Shown piece by piece: positions 1 through 10,059 of a stretch of DNA of 64,000 nt. Under the pieces are notes generated by a model. It searched no databases. It saw only the letters and a list, made by a program, of their open reading frames with translations, and was not told where the DNA came from. Every line of letters begins with the position of its first letter. The stretch's first letter is position 1. A program made the position numbers and the translations under genes. Origin of the DNA: Prochlorococcus sp. scB245a_519A13 (lineage in GTDB: Bacteria > Cyanobacteriota > Cyanobacteriia > PCC-6307 > Cyanobiaceae); assembly GCA_000634415.1 (NCBI GenBank), contig JFNH01000096.1:47682-111681 (forward strand), in the 5' to 3' direction.

Positions 1-437
1 CCAGTCCCCGCTCCAACAATGGCATGCAAATCATTATTAGCGCCTTCACAATGGCCCCCATTTTGTATAGTGGAATATTGATTTTTTTTTAAGTAAGGTA
101 TTCCATAAATTTGTACAGCGAAATCATTTATTAACTCGCATCTTTTAAAATTAAATTTCCTCTGTAAATCATTTCCAGAAATATTCCATGACAAGTTAAT
201 GATTTTTGCGTTGTTGTTAGATAAAGGACCAGCCACGGCGAAACATGCAGTAGAAGGAAAGGTAATATTTTTGCATTCTTTTTTGAGAAAATCTTCTAGG
301 ATTAATTCAAAAGAACTCCAATCAGAAGATAAATATTTCTTTTTAAATATTAACTTAGGCGAATTATTATTAATTTCGTTTTTGAAAATTCCTAAAAGAA
401 CCTTTGTACCTCCTAAATCACAAGCGAGAAAATTCAT
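1..437 (-). CDS. glk: Glucokinase, 5' part (runs off the window edge)
   Basis: Not in the ORF track. Reverse-complement translation from ATG at 437 gives MNFLACDLGGTKVLLG...ACFAVAGP...ELINDFAVQIYG...AIVGAGTG, which contains the DxGGT, AVAGP, NDF and GAGTG glucokinase motifs. Confidence 0.92.
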   Translation of the reverse strand, partial: MNFLACDLGGTKVLLGIFKNEINNNSPKLIFKKKYLSSDWSSFELILEDFLKKECKNITFPSTACFAVAGPLSNNNAKIINLSWNISGNDLQRKFNFKRCELINDFAVQIYGIPYLKKNQYSTIQNGGHCEGANNDLHAIVGAGT

Positions 438-447
438 ATATTAGAAA

Positions 448-2364
448 TTATTCTGTTCTCCCTTTTTTTTCTATTAGTTCATCCATTAATTTGAAAAGAT
501 TAGGTAAGTTGAAAATTCCTAAATTTTTTCCATTCAAAGCTCTTAAGGCGACTGATTCAATTTCCTCTTCTTTATCTCCGATAACTGCAATTAAAGGAAT
601 TCTACCGATAGTTGCCTCTCGTATTTTATACCCTATTTTTTCATTCCTAATATCAACTTTTGATCGGTAACCACTATTATTTATTAGTTCATTAAACTCT
701 AAACATTTTTCAGTATTTCTATCAGTAATGCTCAATAAAATTATTTGATAAGGCGCAAGCCAAATTGGGAATTTTGCCTCATATTGTTCAATTAATATTC
801 CTATAAATCTTTCAAAGGATCCTAAAATTGCCCTATGCAGCATAACTGGATTTCTTTTTTCATTATCAATATCTACATAAGTTGCATTCAATCTAATAGG
901 CATTGAGAAATCAACCTGAATAGTTCCGCATTGCCAAACTCTATTAAGACAATCTTTTAATGAGAATTCTATTTTTGGACCATAAAAAGCCCCCTCCCCT
1001 GGTTGGAGTTCCCATTCTAGATTCTTATTATCTAGAGCTTTTGTAAGAGCCTCTTCTGATTTATCCCAAATCTCTTCACTACCTACCCTTTTTTCAGGAC
1101 GAGTTGATAATTTGATAATGATTTCATCAAAACCAAAAGTTTTATAAACCTCGAAAACAAGATCTATAAAAATTGATACTTCTTCTTGAATTTGCTCTTC
1201 AGTGCAAAATATGTGAGCATCATCTTGAGTAAAGTTTCTTACTCTCATTAAGCCATGTAGCGCTCCAGAGGGCTCATTTCTGTGACAAGAACCAAATTCA
1301 GCAAGACGAATAGGTAAATCCTTATAACTTTTTAAACCTTGATTAAATACTTGGATATGGCATGGACAATTCATTGGTTTAATTGCATATGTTCGATTTT
1401 CTGATGCAGTAGTGAACATATCGTCTCTAAATTTTTCCCAATGACCGGATTTTTCCCAAAGAGATTTATCAACTGCTTGTGGGGTTTTAATTTCTAAATA
1501 ATCATTTTTTTTGAGTATTTCTCTTATGTACTTTTCCAGTACTTGGTAGATTGTCCATCCATTTGGATGCCAAAAAATCATTCCTGGAGATTCTTCTTGT
1601 ATATGAAAGAGTGAATGTTTTTTACCAAGTTTTCTATGATCTCTTTTTTCCGCTTCCTCAATTCTTGTTAAGTAGTCATTGAGTTCTTTTTCTTTTGCCC
1701 ATGCAGTTCCATATATTCTCTGTAATGATTCATTCTCACTATTACCTCTCCAATATGAACCTGATAATTTAAGTAATTTAAAGTGTCTCAAATGTCTAGT
1801 GTTAGGAACGTGAGGCCCTCTACACATGTCGATGTATTCTTCGTGCTTGTATAAATTGATGAGACCATCTTCAGGAATTTCTTCAATTATTCTTAATTTA
1901 AAAGTCTCATTTCTTTCTTTAAAAGTTTTAATTGCCTCTTTTTTAGAAACTTGTAAAATTTCAACGTCATAGTTTGTTTTTATTAATTTATTAATTCTAT
2001 TTTCGATTTTTATTAAATCTTCAGGAGTAAATCTGTATTCAGAGAAAATATCGTAATAAAAACCATCGTCAATTACAGGCCCAATCGCCATTTTAATATC
2101 AGAGTAAATTTGTTTAACTGCATGACCAATAAGGTGAGCGAAGGAATGTCTTATTATTTCAATTCCTTCTTTATCTTTTGATGTGATTATTACAACTTGG
2201 GAATCTTTATTTATAGGAATTGTTGCATCAAGAAGAACATTATTTACTTTTCCCGCAATTGTTGCTTTAGCTAGTCCAGCGCCTATACTCTGGGCAATTT
2301 CTAGAATAGTTACAGATTTTTCGAAAACCTTTTTTGAACCATCAGGCAAGGTAATTATTGGCAT
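448..2364 (-). CDS. thrS: Threonine--tRNA ligase
   Basis: N-terminal TGS domain ([10 protein letters not shown]), [27 protein letters not shown] and [11 protein letters not shown] motifs. Confidence 0.98.
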   Translation of the reverse strand: MPIITLPDGSKKVFEKSVTILEIAQSIGAGLAKATIAGKVNNVLLDATIPINKDSQVVIITSKDKEGIEIIRHSFAHLIGHAVKQIYSDIKMAIGPVIDDGFYYDIFSEYRFTPEDLIKIENRINKLIKTNYDVEILQVSKKEAIKTFKERNETFKLRIIEEIPEDGLINLYKHEEYIDMCRGPHVPNTRHLRHFKLLKLSGSYWRGNSENESLQRIYGTAWAKEKELNDYLTRIEEAEKRDHRKLGKKHSLFHIQEESPGMIFWHPNGWTIYQVLEKYIREILKKNDYLEIKTPQAVDKSLWEKSGHWEKFRDDMFTTASENRTYAIKPMNCPCHIQVFNQGLKSYKDLPIRLAEFGSCHRNEPSGALHGLMRVRNFTQDDAHIFCTEEQIQEEVSIFIDLVFEVYKTFGFDEIIIKLSTRPEKRVGSEEIWDKSEEALTKALDNKNLEWELQPGEGAFYGPKIEFSLKDCLNRVWQCGTIQVDFSMPIRLNATYVDIDNEKRNPVMLHRAILGSFERFIGILIEQYEAKFPIWLAPYQIILLSITDRNTEKCLEFNELINNSGYRSKVDIRNEKIGYKIREATIGRIPLIAVIGDKEEEIESVALRALNGKNLGIFNLPNLFKLMDELIEKKGRTE

Positions 2365-2367
2365 AAT

Positions 2368-3384
2368 TTATTTCTCCATTTCAAAAAATCCCAATTTTGA
2401 TTTAACTCTTTTTAAAGTCTGATTCGCTAAATCTTCAGCTTTTTCCTTCCCTTCATTAAGGATTTTATTTAGTTGATAGGAATCATTAATTAATAATTTG
2501 TATTTTTTCTGAATAGGTTCTAGTGATTCAATAAGTTGTTCGGTAATTAATTTTTTAAATGTCCCCCATCCAGTCTCTAAGAATTCATTTTCACATTGAG
2601 AAATTTCTTTGCCAGATAATATTGAATAAATCATCAAAAGATTTTTGGATTCTGGTCTATCAGGGTTGTTAAATTCAATTCCAATAGAACTGTCACTTTT
2701 TGCTCTTTTAATTTTTTTTGTGATTATTTCAGGAGGATCTAATAAATTGATACGACTTCCCTCATTAGGATCACTTTTGCTCATCTTTTTTGAACCATCA
2801 ATTAAACTCATTATTTTTGAACCATTCTTCATGATGATTGGTTGAGGGATCTTTAAAATATTTTTATCCTTACTAAATCTGGCATTAATTCTCTGTTGCG
2901 CAATATCTCTCGCAAGTTCAAGATGTTGTTTTTGATCCTCACCTACTGGTACGAAGTCAGCATCATATAGAAGGATGTCTGCAGCCATAAGTATTGGATA
3001 ATCAAATAATCCAATAGATACATTATTACCTTGTTGTATGGATTTTTCTTTGAATTGAATCATTCTTTCCATCCAATTTATTGGGGTCATGCAATTTAAT
3101 ATCCAACAAAGTTCTGAATGCGCTGAAATCTGACTTTGGACAAATATTGAGCATATATTGGGATCTATCCCGCAAGCGACATATAAAGCCGCAGTAGAGA
3201 TAGTGTTTTTAGATAATTCTTGGGGATTATATGAGGCTGTTATTGCGTGTAAATCAACTACACATAGAAATGTTTCATATTGCTCTTGAAGTGTAACCCA
3301 ATTATTTATGGCCCCAAGCCAATTCCCAATATGTAAATCACCAGTTGGTTGAACTCCTGAAAGGATTCTTTTTTTATTTGCCAT
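2368..3384 (-). CDS. trpS: Tryptophan--tRNA ligase
   Basis: SGVQPTG, HIGN (HIGH-like), YPILMAADIL, GEDQKQH and KMSKS motifs. Confidence 0.98.
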   Translation of the reverse strand: MANKKRILSGVQPTGDLHIGNWLGAINNWVTLQEQYETFLCVVDLHAITASYNPQELSKNTISTAALYVACGIDPNICSIFVQSQISAHSELCWILNCMTPINWMERMIQFKEKSIQQGNNVSIGLFDYPILMAADILLYDADFVPVGEDQKQHLELARDIAQQRINARFSKDKNILKIPQPIIMKNGSKIMSLIDGSKKMSKSDPNEGSRINLLDPPEIITKKIKRAKSDSSIGIEFNNPDRPESKNLLMIYSILSGKEISQCENEFLETGWGTFKKLITEQLIESLEPIQKKYKLLINDSYQLNKILNEGKEKAEDLANQTLKRVKSKLGFFEMEK

Positions 3385-3796
3385 CCTCTTCTACTTCGCT
3401 AGATTGGATCTCTTCAGTTGATGTACTTTTTACAGGTCTTGCAAAAGGGTCAGGTGCTGTTTTTGTCTTTTCTTCATAAGAATTTTGTGATTGTCTACTC
3501 GGAAAAGAGTTTTTATTATTTTTTGCATATTCTTTGATTGATTCAATCAATTTTTCATCTTTAATCATTTCGCTAAGTGTTCTAACAGAGAAACCCAGAA
3601 CTGCAACGGTAGATCTTAATTGAAAGGTCTCTTGTATTGATTTAACAGCTTTCATTTCGTTATCACTCAATCTTATGCGGAATCCTCCTCCATCTCTTCT
3701 GCCTCCCGATCTGTCTCTGAAATTAGATCTTTCATTGTTAGAACGACCTCTGTAATTTTCTTGTCCAGGATTATTGCTGAAATTTGAATTAGACAT
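3374..3796 (-). CDS. Hypothetical protein with R/G/N-rich N-terminus and a possible ribbon-helix-helix-like core
   Basis: 140-aa ORF overlapping the trpS start by 11 nt; FRIRLSDNEMKAVKSIQETFQLRSTVAVLGFSVRTL has a strand-helix-helix pattern. Confidence 0.7.
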   Translation of the reverse strand: MSNSNFSNNPGQENYRGRSNNERSNFRDRSGGRRDGGGFRIRLSDNEMKAVKSIQETFQLRSTVAVLGFSVRTLSEMIKDEKLIESIKEYAKNNKNSFPSRQSQNSYEEKTKTAPDPFARPVKSTSTEEIQSSEVEEDGK

Positions 3797-3961
3797 CTTA
3801 ATGTTTCTTAAGTTATTTAAATAGTCTATTAACTTAGCATCTTGTTATGCAATAAGTCTTTTTAAAAGGCTTAAATTTTTATCTTTTGATTAACGACTTA
3901 TGAAATTTTGCTTTTCTCATTCACAACTTGCATTAAAATAAAATTAGAAAAATAAAGTATT

Positions 3962-5296
3962 GTGTTTGATATTAGTAAAGACAACTTTTTAAAGGATTTC
4001 AGAAAGTTTCCAAAAAAAAATCTTCTTATTATTTTATTATTGTTAGGTTTTGGAGAATGGTTTATCAGTGACTTAATTCATTTTGCAGGAGGCTCAATAG
4101 GATTTTTTGCGTTGTGTTTGGGGGGATATTTTTACTTGAAGAATGATAAGCCTAAATTTAATGAGCCAAATAATTTAGATGGTTGGATAAATCTATGTAA
4201 TGAAGATTTAAATTTTTTTGAAGAACTTGAAGCAACAAATGAATTAGAAAAACAGAATTCAAAAAGACAAAAAAAACTTGAATCTATTCTTAATAGATGT
4301 GAAAAAGAAAAAATAAGTTGCATTGGACAAAAAGATTATCAAAGTTTTCAATCTGTTTTGAAGAGTAATTTCAAACCAGATAAGTTTGACTTTGATTTAT
4401 ACGAAAAACTGCCTAAATACAATTCTTCTCAAGTTATTCCAGAAGAAGCTTTGAAGAGTGATGCAATCTTGTATTTTATAAACTTGCCTTTGTCGGCAAA
4501 TGATTTTTTGTGGCTGGAAAAGTTTCCTAAAAATATGCCAATCTGGTTGGTGGCTTTAACTTCCAACCAAATAGAAGCCAAAAATCAGATAGAGGATCTA
4601 AAGTCTCAAATTTCAAGTGACTTTATAAACAAAATTATTACTTTTGATGTGAATAAGAGTGAAATAACAAATATACCTTTTTCTTTAAGGAAGTTTTTCA
4701 TAAGTTCATCTAAAAATATTGAAAATACAAAAAAAAGGCTCTTGAAAGAACTTCATGCTGCCTGGCAATCTGAAATTGAAGTTATAAGAAGAATGCAGTT
4801 AAAAGGTATTCAAAGAAAAAATCAAATTCTTGTCGCAACAACTGTTTTCTTATCTCCTATCCCATCAATTGATGTTATGGCAATGACGGTATTAAATTCT
4901 TTAATGATTAAAGAAATTAAATCTATATGGGGATGTAATTGGTCTCCTGAAATTTTAGATAAAGTATCCAAAGAGATTTTAAAGACTGCAATTGCTCAGG
5001 GAGTTATTGAATGGAGTGGACAGACTCTAATTAGCATAACAAAATTGCATGGCCCAAATTGGTTAGTCTCTGGAACATTTCAGGCTGTCAGTGCTGCTTA
5101 TTTAACAAGAGTAGTATCAAGTTCTTTGGCTGATTTTATGGCAATAACAAAAGGAGTAGAGGAACCTGATTTGGATTTTATAAAGAAAAATTCTGAGAAA
5201 ATTGTTGAAGAAGCTTTTGAAAAAGAAAAAATAAATTGGCAAGGATTTATTTCTGATCTTAGAAAACCACTTATGAAACTATCTTTTAATTCATAA
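3962..5296 (+). CDS. YcjF/DUF697-family membrane protein
   Basis: Two N-terminal hydrophobic helices and a C-terminal SPIPSIDVMAM...MIKEIKSIWG...QAVSAAYLTR segment typical of DUF697. Confidence 0.75.
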   Translation: MFDISKDNFLKDFRKFPKKNLLIILLLLGFGEWFISDLIHFAGGSIGFFALCLGGYFYLKNDKPKFNEPNNLDGWINLCNEDLNFFEELEATNELEKQNSKRQKKLESILNRCEKEKISCIGQKDYQSFQSVLKSNFKPDKFDFDLYEKLPKYNSSQVIPEEALKSDAILYFINLPLSANDFLWLEKFPKNMPIWLVALTSNQIEAKNQIEDLKSQISSDFINKIITFDVNKSEITNIPFSLRKFFISSSKNIENTKKRLLKELHAAWQSEIEVIRRMQLKGIQRKNQILVATTVFLSPIPSIDVMAMTVLNSLMIKEIKSIWGCNWSPEILDKVSKEILKTAIAQGVIEWSGQTLISITKLHGPNWLVSGTFQAVSAAYLTRVVSSSLADFMAITKGVEEPDLDFIKKNSEKIVEEAFEKEKINWQGFISDLRKPLMKLSFNS

Positions 5297-5307
5297 TTTT
5301 GGGATGA

Positions 5308-6216
5308 ATGTTAAATATGAAAAAAAATATTCTTTTTTTAAGTTTGATACTTCTGCTTTCTATTGCTTCAGGCTCATGTAAAAAAATATCAACTAAAAAT
5401 GAAACTAAAGAAGTAATACTGGCAAGTTTCACTGTTTTGGCGGATATAATTAGCAATGTCGCTAAAGATGAATTTATTGTTAAATCAATAACGAAACCTG
5501 GAGTTGAAGTTCATGGCTACCAACCAACTCCAAGCGATTTGGTAAATGCCTCTAATGCTTTTGTTTTTATTGATAATGGATTTGGATTTGAATTATGGGC
5601 TGAAAAATTTGTGTCTAATTTAAAAGTTAAAAGAATTACTGTCGCGGAAGGTTTGGATCCTATTTTTATCAGTGAAGATTTTTATAAAGGGAAACCCAAT
5701 CCTCATGCCTGGATTTCTCCAAAAAGGGGGATCCTATACGTAGATATTCTCGTGGATTCTTTATCAGAATTGAGGCCATCCAAAAGGACATTATTTGAAG
5801 AAAATGGAAAAATTTATAAAGATAAACTATCTAAAATAGATAAAGAATTCTCACTTTTTATTAATAACTTAAATAAAGACAGGAGGTATCTAGTAAGTTG
5901 TGAAGGTGCTTTTTCGTATCTAACAAATGATTATGGATTAGAGGAAGTTTATCTGTGGCCAGTTAATGCTGAGAGTCAAATTACTCCCAAAAGAATGGCA
6001 AGAACAATCTCACTAGTTAAAGAAAAAAATGTTCCATCTGTATTTTGCGAAAGTACTGTAAGTAACGAATCTCAAATGGTAGTTGCAAACGAAACTGGGG
6101 CTAATTTTGGAGGGAATCTTTTTGTTGATTCATTATCTGATGGTAGTGGGCCTGCTAGTTCCTATATGAAAATGCTTGAACATAATTTGGAATTGATAAA
6201 AAAAGGGCTTTTTTAA
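5308..6216 (+). CDS. mntC: Mn/Zn ABC transporter substrate-binding lipoprotein
   Basis: Lipobox-like ASGSC, EVHGYQPTP, NPHAWISP, SCEGAFSY and FVDSL metal-binding motifs. Confidence 0.9.
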   Translation: MLNMKKNILFLSLILLLSIASGSCKKISTKNETKEVILASFTVLADIISNVAKDEFIVKSITKPGVEVHGYQPTPSDLVNASNAFVFIDNGFGFELWAEKFVSNLKVKRITVAEGLDPIFISEDFYKGKPNPHAWISPKRGILYVDILVDSLSELRPSKRTLFEENGKIYKDKLSKIDKEFSLFINNLNKDRRYLVSCEGAFSYLTNDYGLEEVYLWPVNAESQITPKRMARTISLVKEKNVPSVFCESTVSNESQMVVANETGANFGGNLFVDSLSDGSGPASSYMKMLEHNLELIKKGLF

Positions 6217-6218
6217 TT

Positions 6219-6983
6219 ATGGAAACAATCAATTATCAAAACTTTAGGATTGAGGCAGAGAATATTTGCGTAGATTACAACGGTAAGGTGGCTTTGTATG
6301 ATGCCAATTTAAGATTGAAACCTGGCCAGATTTGTGGGTTAGTAGGGATGAACGGGGCTGGTAAAACAACTTTTTTTAATGCCTTAACTGGCTTTGTAAA
6401 TATTTCAAAGGGAAAAATTAGAATAAATGGAGAGTCTGTTAGATCTGCCCAAAAAGATCAGACAATTGCTTATGTTCCTCAAAATGAGGGAATTGATAGT
6501 CAATTTCCAATAAGTGTTTGGGATGTAGTGATGATGGGAAGATATGGTTCTATGAATATTTTTAGGTGTCCGAGAGAGTCTGATGTTCAGGCTGTTAAAG
6601 ATGCTATTGAGAGAGTTGATCTTACTGATCATTTATCTACACCTATTGGTAACTTATCTGGAGGACAGAGAAAACGAACTTTTTTAGCTCGAGCAATTGC
6701 GCAAAGAGCTTCAATATTACTTCTTGATGAGCCTTTTTCAGGTGTTGATATAAGAACTGAGAAACTTATCTCGGAATTATTTATTCAATTTAAAAATGAG
6801 GGAAAAACTATATTATTATCAACTCATGATATGATTCATGTTCGTGAATTTTGTGATTTGGTTCTTTTAATAAATAAAACTGTTGTAGCTTATGGCGAGA
6901 CCTCTGAAGTGTTTACCCCTGAAAATATTACAACCACTTTTGGAGGGATCTCACCTGATTTCTTGTTTGGACCTGAATCCTAA
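6219..6983 (+). CDS. mntA: Mn/Zn ABC transporter ATP-binding protein
   Basis: Walker A GMNGAGKT, signature LSGGQ, Walker B LLLDEP and the H-loop. Confidence 0.9.
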   Translation: METINYQNFRIEAENICVDYNGKVALYDANLRLKPGQICGLVGMNGAGKTTFFNALTGFVNISKGKIRINGESVRSAQKDQTIAYVPQNEGIDSQFPISVWDVVMMGRYGSMNIFRCPRESDVQAVKDAIERVDLTDHLSTPIGNLSGGQRKRTFLARAIAQRASILLLDEPFSGVDIRTEKLISELFIQFKNEGKTILLSTHDMIHVREFCDLVLLINKTVVAYGETSEVFTPENITTTFGGISPDFLFGPES

Positions 6984-6995
6984 ATTTTAAATTAT

Positions 6996-7868
6996 ATGGA
7001 GCTCTGTTCTTTTTTAACTTTAGATTCATTCATAACAGATCCCTTAACTCATGAATTTATGAGAAAAGCACTTCTTATGAGTTCACTAGTAGCAGCTGTT
7101 TGTGGGTTCCTGTCAAGTTATTTGACTCTTAAAGGATGGGCTTTAATGGGAGATGCAGTGTCACATTCAGTAATGCCTGGTGTTGTGGTTGCTTATGCCT
7201 TAGGTCTTCCTTTCTCATTAGGGGCATTTATTTTCGGAGTTGGGTCTGTAGCATTGATAGGGTTTATTAAGCAGAAATCTAGAGTAAAGGAAGATACTGT
7301 TATTGGGTTAGTATTTACTGGATTTTTTGCTCTTGGAATCGTATTAGTTTCTAAGATTAAAAGTAATATTGATCTGCACTCAATTCTTTTTGGTAGTCCA
7401 TTAGGAATATCACTTTCAGATGTAAAACAAACTATATTTATTTGTTTATTGGTAGTAATCCTTTTATCAATTTTTCGAAAAGATTTAATGCTTTATTGTT
7501 TTGATCCTAGGCATGCAAAAACAGTTGGGATTAATGTATTTTTTCTTCATTATTTACTCCTCACATGCTTATCTTTGGCAGCTGTTGTTGGCTTGCAGTC
7601 TGTTGGAATTATTTTGGTAGTTGCAATGTTGATTACACCAGGGGCTACAGCATATTTACTTACGGATAAGTTTGATAATATGACAGTAATTTCAGTATTA
7701 AGTGCAATTATCTCAAGCCTTATAGGAATCTATGTTAGTTTTTGGTTTGATCTTGAAACAGGTGGATCAATTGTATTGGCACAAACTTTTATTTTTTTAT
7801 TTGCTTTTTTATTCGCTCCAAGATATGGAATATTTAAGTTAAAGAAATTATTTGCTGGGTATAAATGA
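6996..7868 (+). CDS. mntB: Mn/Zn ABC transporter permease
   Basis: ABC-3 permease motifs ALMGDAVSH, EDTVIG, ILFGS and VGIILVVAMLITPGATA. Confidence 0.9.
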   Translation: MELCSFLTLDSFITDPLTHEFMRKALLMSSLVAAVCGFLSSYLTLKGWALMGDAVSHSVMPGVVVAYALGLPFSLGAFIFGVGSVALIGFIKQKSRVKEDTVIGLVFTGFFALGIVLVSKIKSNIDLHSILFGSPLGISLSDVKQTIFICLLVVILLSIFRKDLMLYCFDPRHAKTVGINVFFLHYLLLTCLSLAAVVGLQSVGIILVVAMLITPGATAYLLTDKFDNMTVISVLSAIISSLIGIYVSFWFDLETGGSIVLAQTFIFLFAFLFAPRYGIFKLKKLFAGYK

Positions 7869-9037
7869 TGGCTGTGGAAGAAACTTTAAATAAAAAATGG
7901 AGTTGGTGGCCATTATTCCCCTTATATCCTTATGGAAAAAAGAAAACAATTTTTAGAGAATTAATCCCTGATCAAATATGGTCCTTGGAACAGATACAGG
8001 GACTTTATTATGTTGCTGTTCCAATAAGAATGACTGTAATAAAGGTTGATAATGGATTGATGCTAATAAATCCACTGCCTCCCACAAAAGAATTAATAAA
8101 TGAGTTAGAAAAATTAATTGCGATTCACGGCAAAGTAAAAACAATAATTTTACCGAGTGCCTCTGGACTAGAACATAAAATTGGACTGCCAGCTCTTTCA
8201 AGAATTTTTAAAGATGCAGAAATTTGGCTTTGTCCTGGACAATGGAGTTTCCCCATAAATCTACCACTAGATTTTTTAGGAATTCCATCAAAAAGATCAA
8301 GAATACTCTTTGAGGAAGGTACTCCATATACAAACTACTTTAAATGGTCTTCATTAGGCCCACTGAATTTAGGACTTGGAAGATATCAGGAGATAAGCTG
8401 TTTCCATTACCCTACGAAAACTCTTCATGTAACAGACGCAATAGTTGGAATAGACTCTACACCACCTGAGATATTTAATTTTGATCCAACTCCACTTCTT
8501 TTTCATTCTAGAGAGAGAGGAGATGAACCATTGATTGATACCGTCGAACAAAGAAAAAAAGGATGGAAAAGGTTGGTCTTATTTTCATCTTTTTTGAAAC
8601 CAGGTAAATTAAATATTCCGCCTTTAAAAAAAATATTTAAGTATTCATTCAAAAAAGATCTTAGAAATTGGAGATCTCATTTCGGTATTTATCCCTTTTT
8701 ATGGGAAGAAGATTGGGAATCCTCTCTTGTTGAAATAATGGGTAAAGATAATCCTAAGGTTCAAATTGCACCAGTTTTACAAAAATTAATTTTTCCTCGT
8801 TCAAAAGAAGTCTTACTTAAATGGTTAGAAAATATTAAGTCGTTTGATGATATGGAATATTTAATTCCAGCTCATTTTACTGCACCCATAAAATTCACAA
8901 TAGAAGATTGTCAAAAATTAATTAATGAAATAAATTCCCAAAAGTGGGACAAACTTCCTGATGATAATAAATTTCTGATGGGTTTATATAAAAAGTTATT
9001 TGAACTAGGAATAATTCCTGAAGGAGTAAATCTTTAA
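7865..9037 (+). CDS. DUF4336-family protein (metallo-beta-lactamase-like fold)
   Basis: WWPLFPLYPYG, VPIRMTVI, GLEHK and IPAHF motifs; overlaps the permease stop by 4 nt. Confidence 0.75.
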   Translation: MMAVEETLNKKWSWWPLFPLYPYGKKKTIFRELIPDQIWSLEQIQGLYYVAVPIRMTVIKVDNGLMLINPLPPTKELINELEKLIAIHGKVKTIILPSASGLEHKIGLPALSRIFKDAEIWLCPGQWSFPINLPLDFLGIPSKRSRILFEEGTPYTNYFKWSSLGPLNLGLGRYQEISCFHYPTKTLHVTDAIVGIDSTPPEIFNFDPTPLLFHSRERGDEPLIDTVEQRKKGWKRLVLFSSFLKPGKLNIPPLKKIFKYSFKKDLRNWRSHFGIYPFLWEEDWESSLVEIMGKDNPKVQIAPVLQKLIFPRSKEVLLKWLENIKSFDDMEYLIPAHFTAPIKFTIEDCQKLINEINSQKWDKLPDDNKFLMGLYKKLFELGIIPEGVNL

Positions 9038-9043
9038 AAACTA

Positions 9044-9379
9044 TTATTCTTCAATAGACATGTTTTCATCATTTTTAAGAGTTTGTTCTAGCTCTTTTCT
9101 TTGCTCCATTTGTCTTAAGAAATATCCTGTCATCATTGCAGAAGATAATAAATTGGCGATATTGTCTTTTGAAGATGTTATTTTTACATCAAATTGATCT
9201 GAGGGAAGCATTCCAAGAAGACCTTGAACATTATGTCTAATAATTTCTTGAATATCTTCACTAGCTGATTTTGCGACTCTTTGCAAAACTTCTGGAGATT
9301 GTTTTTGTAAGTATTGGATTAAATCATTCTCATCGTTTGGATCATTATTTTCAGTAGCAAGAAATTCTGGATTAAACAT
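9044..9379 (-). CDS. DUF760-family protein
   Basis: NDLIQYLQ...NVQGLLGMLP...SAMMTGYFLRQMEQR. The ATG at 9379 (MFNPEFL) is preferred over the track start at 9406. Confidence 0.85.
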   Translation of the reverse strand: MFNPEFLATENNDPNDENDLIQYLQKQSPEVLQRVAKSASEDIQEIIRHNVQGLLGMLPSDQFDVKITSSKDNIANLLSSAMMTGYFLRQMEQRKELEQTLKNDENMSIEE

Positions 9380-9424
9380 TTCTACAACTTCAACATATAA
9401 AAACACTACAACATCACGTACCCA

Positions 9425-10009
9425 TTAATCTAAATTATTAAGGGCAGGGAACCGAATAGGTCCAATTTTATTAAACGGCCAATATCTAAAAATAGCTTTA
9501 CCAATAACTTTTTCATATGGTAAAAAGCCCCAAATATGTGAGTCCATACTGTTATTTCTATTATCTCCCATCACCCATAATGACTCTTCTGGGACAATAA
9601 AAGGCCCTATAGAATAATTAATATTTTTATCAAAAACGTAATTTTTTTGAGCGATATCATTTAAGTAAAGGTTACCCTCTCTTACTTCTACCTTGTCTCC
9701 AGGTATTCCAATTACCCTTTTTATTAGTGCAGTATCTGCTTCATAACCAGCATTAATTAATTGTTCCGGAACGTTAAAAACAACTATTTTATTTTTCAAT
9801 TTTGAAAGATTTGATTTGGATATGATTTTGGGGGTTACTTTCTCAACAAGAATTTTATCTTGTATTTGAAGAGTTGGAAGCATTGAACCGGATGGGATCC
9901 ATCTTGGCTCTATAACCTGCCATCGTATAATTAAAGCTATAGATATCCAGATTAAAAGATTTTTTAAATCCTTTAGTATTGAATTTCTTTTTTCTTGAGT
10001 TGTAGACAT
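9425..10009 (-). CDS. lepB: Signal peptidase I
   Basis: IPSGSMLPTL (catalytic Ser), IKRVIG (catalytic Lys) and GDNRNNSMDS. Confidence 0.96.
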   Translation of the reverse strand: MSTTQEKRNSILKDLKNLLIWISIALIIRWQVIEPRWIPSGSMLPTLQIQDKILVEKVTPKIISKSNLSKLKNKIVVFNVPEQLINAGYEADTALIKRVIGIPGDKVEVREGNLYLNDIAQKNYVFDKNINYSIGPFIVPEESLWVMGDNRNNSMDSHIWGFLPYEKVIGKAIFRYWPFNKIGPIRFPALNNLD

Positions 10010-10059
10010 GTTTTATTTAATTCAGTTATAAGGAAAATCTCAAAGCATTTATATAAATT

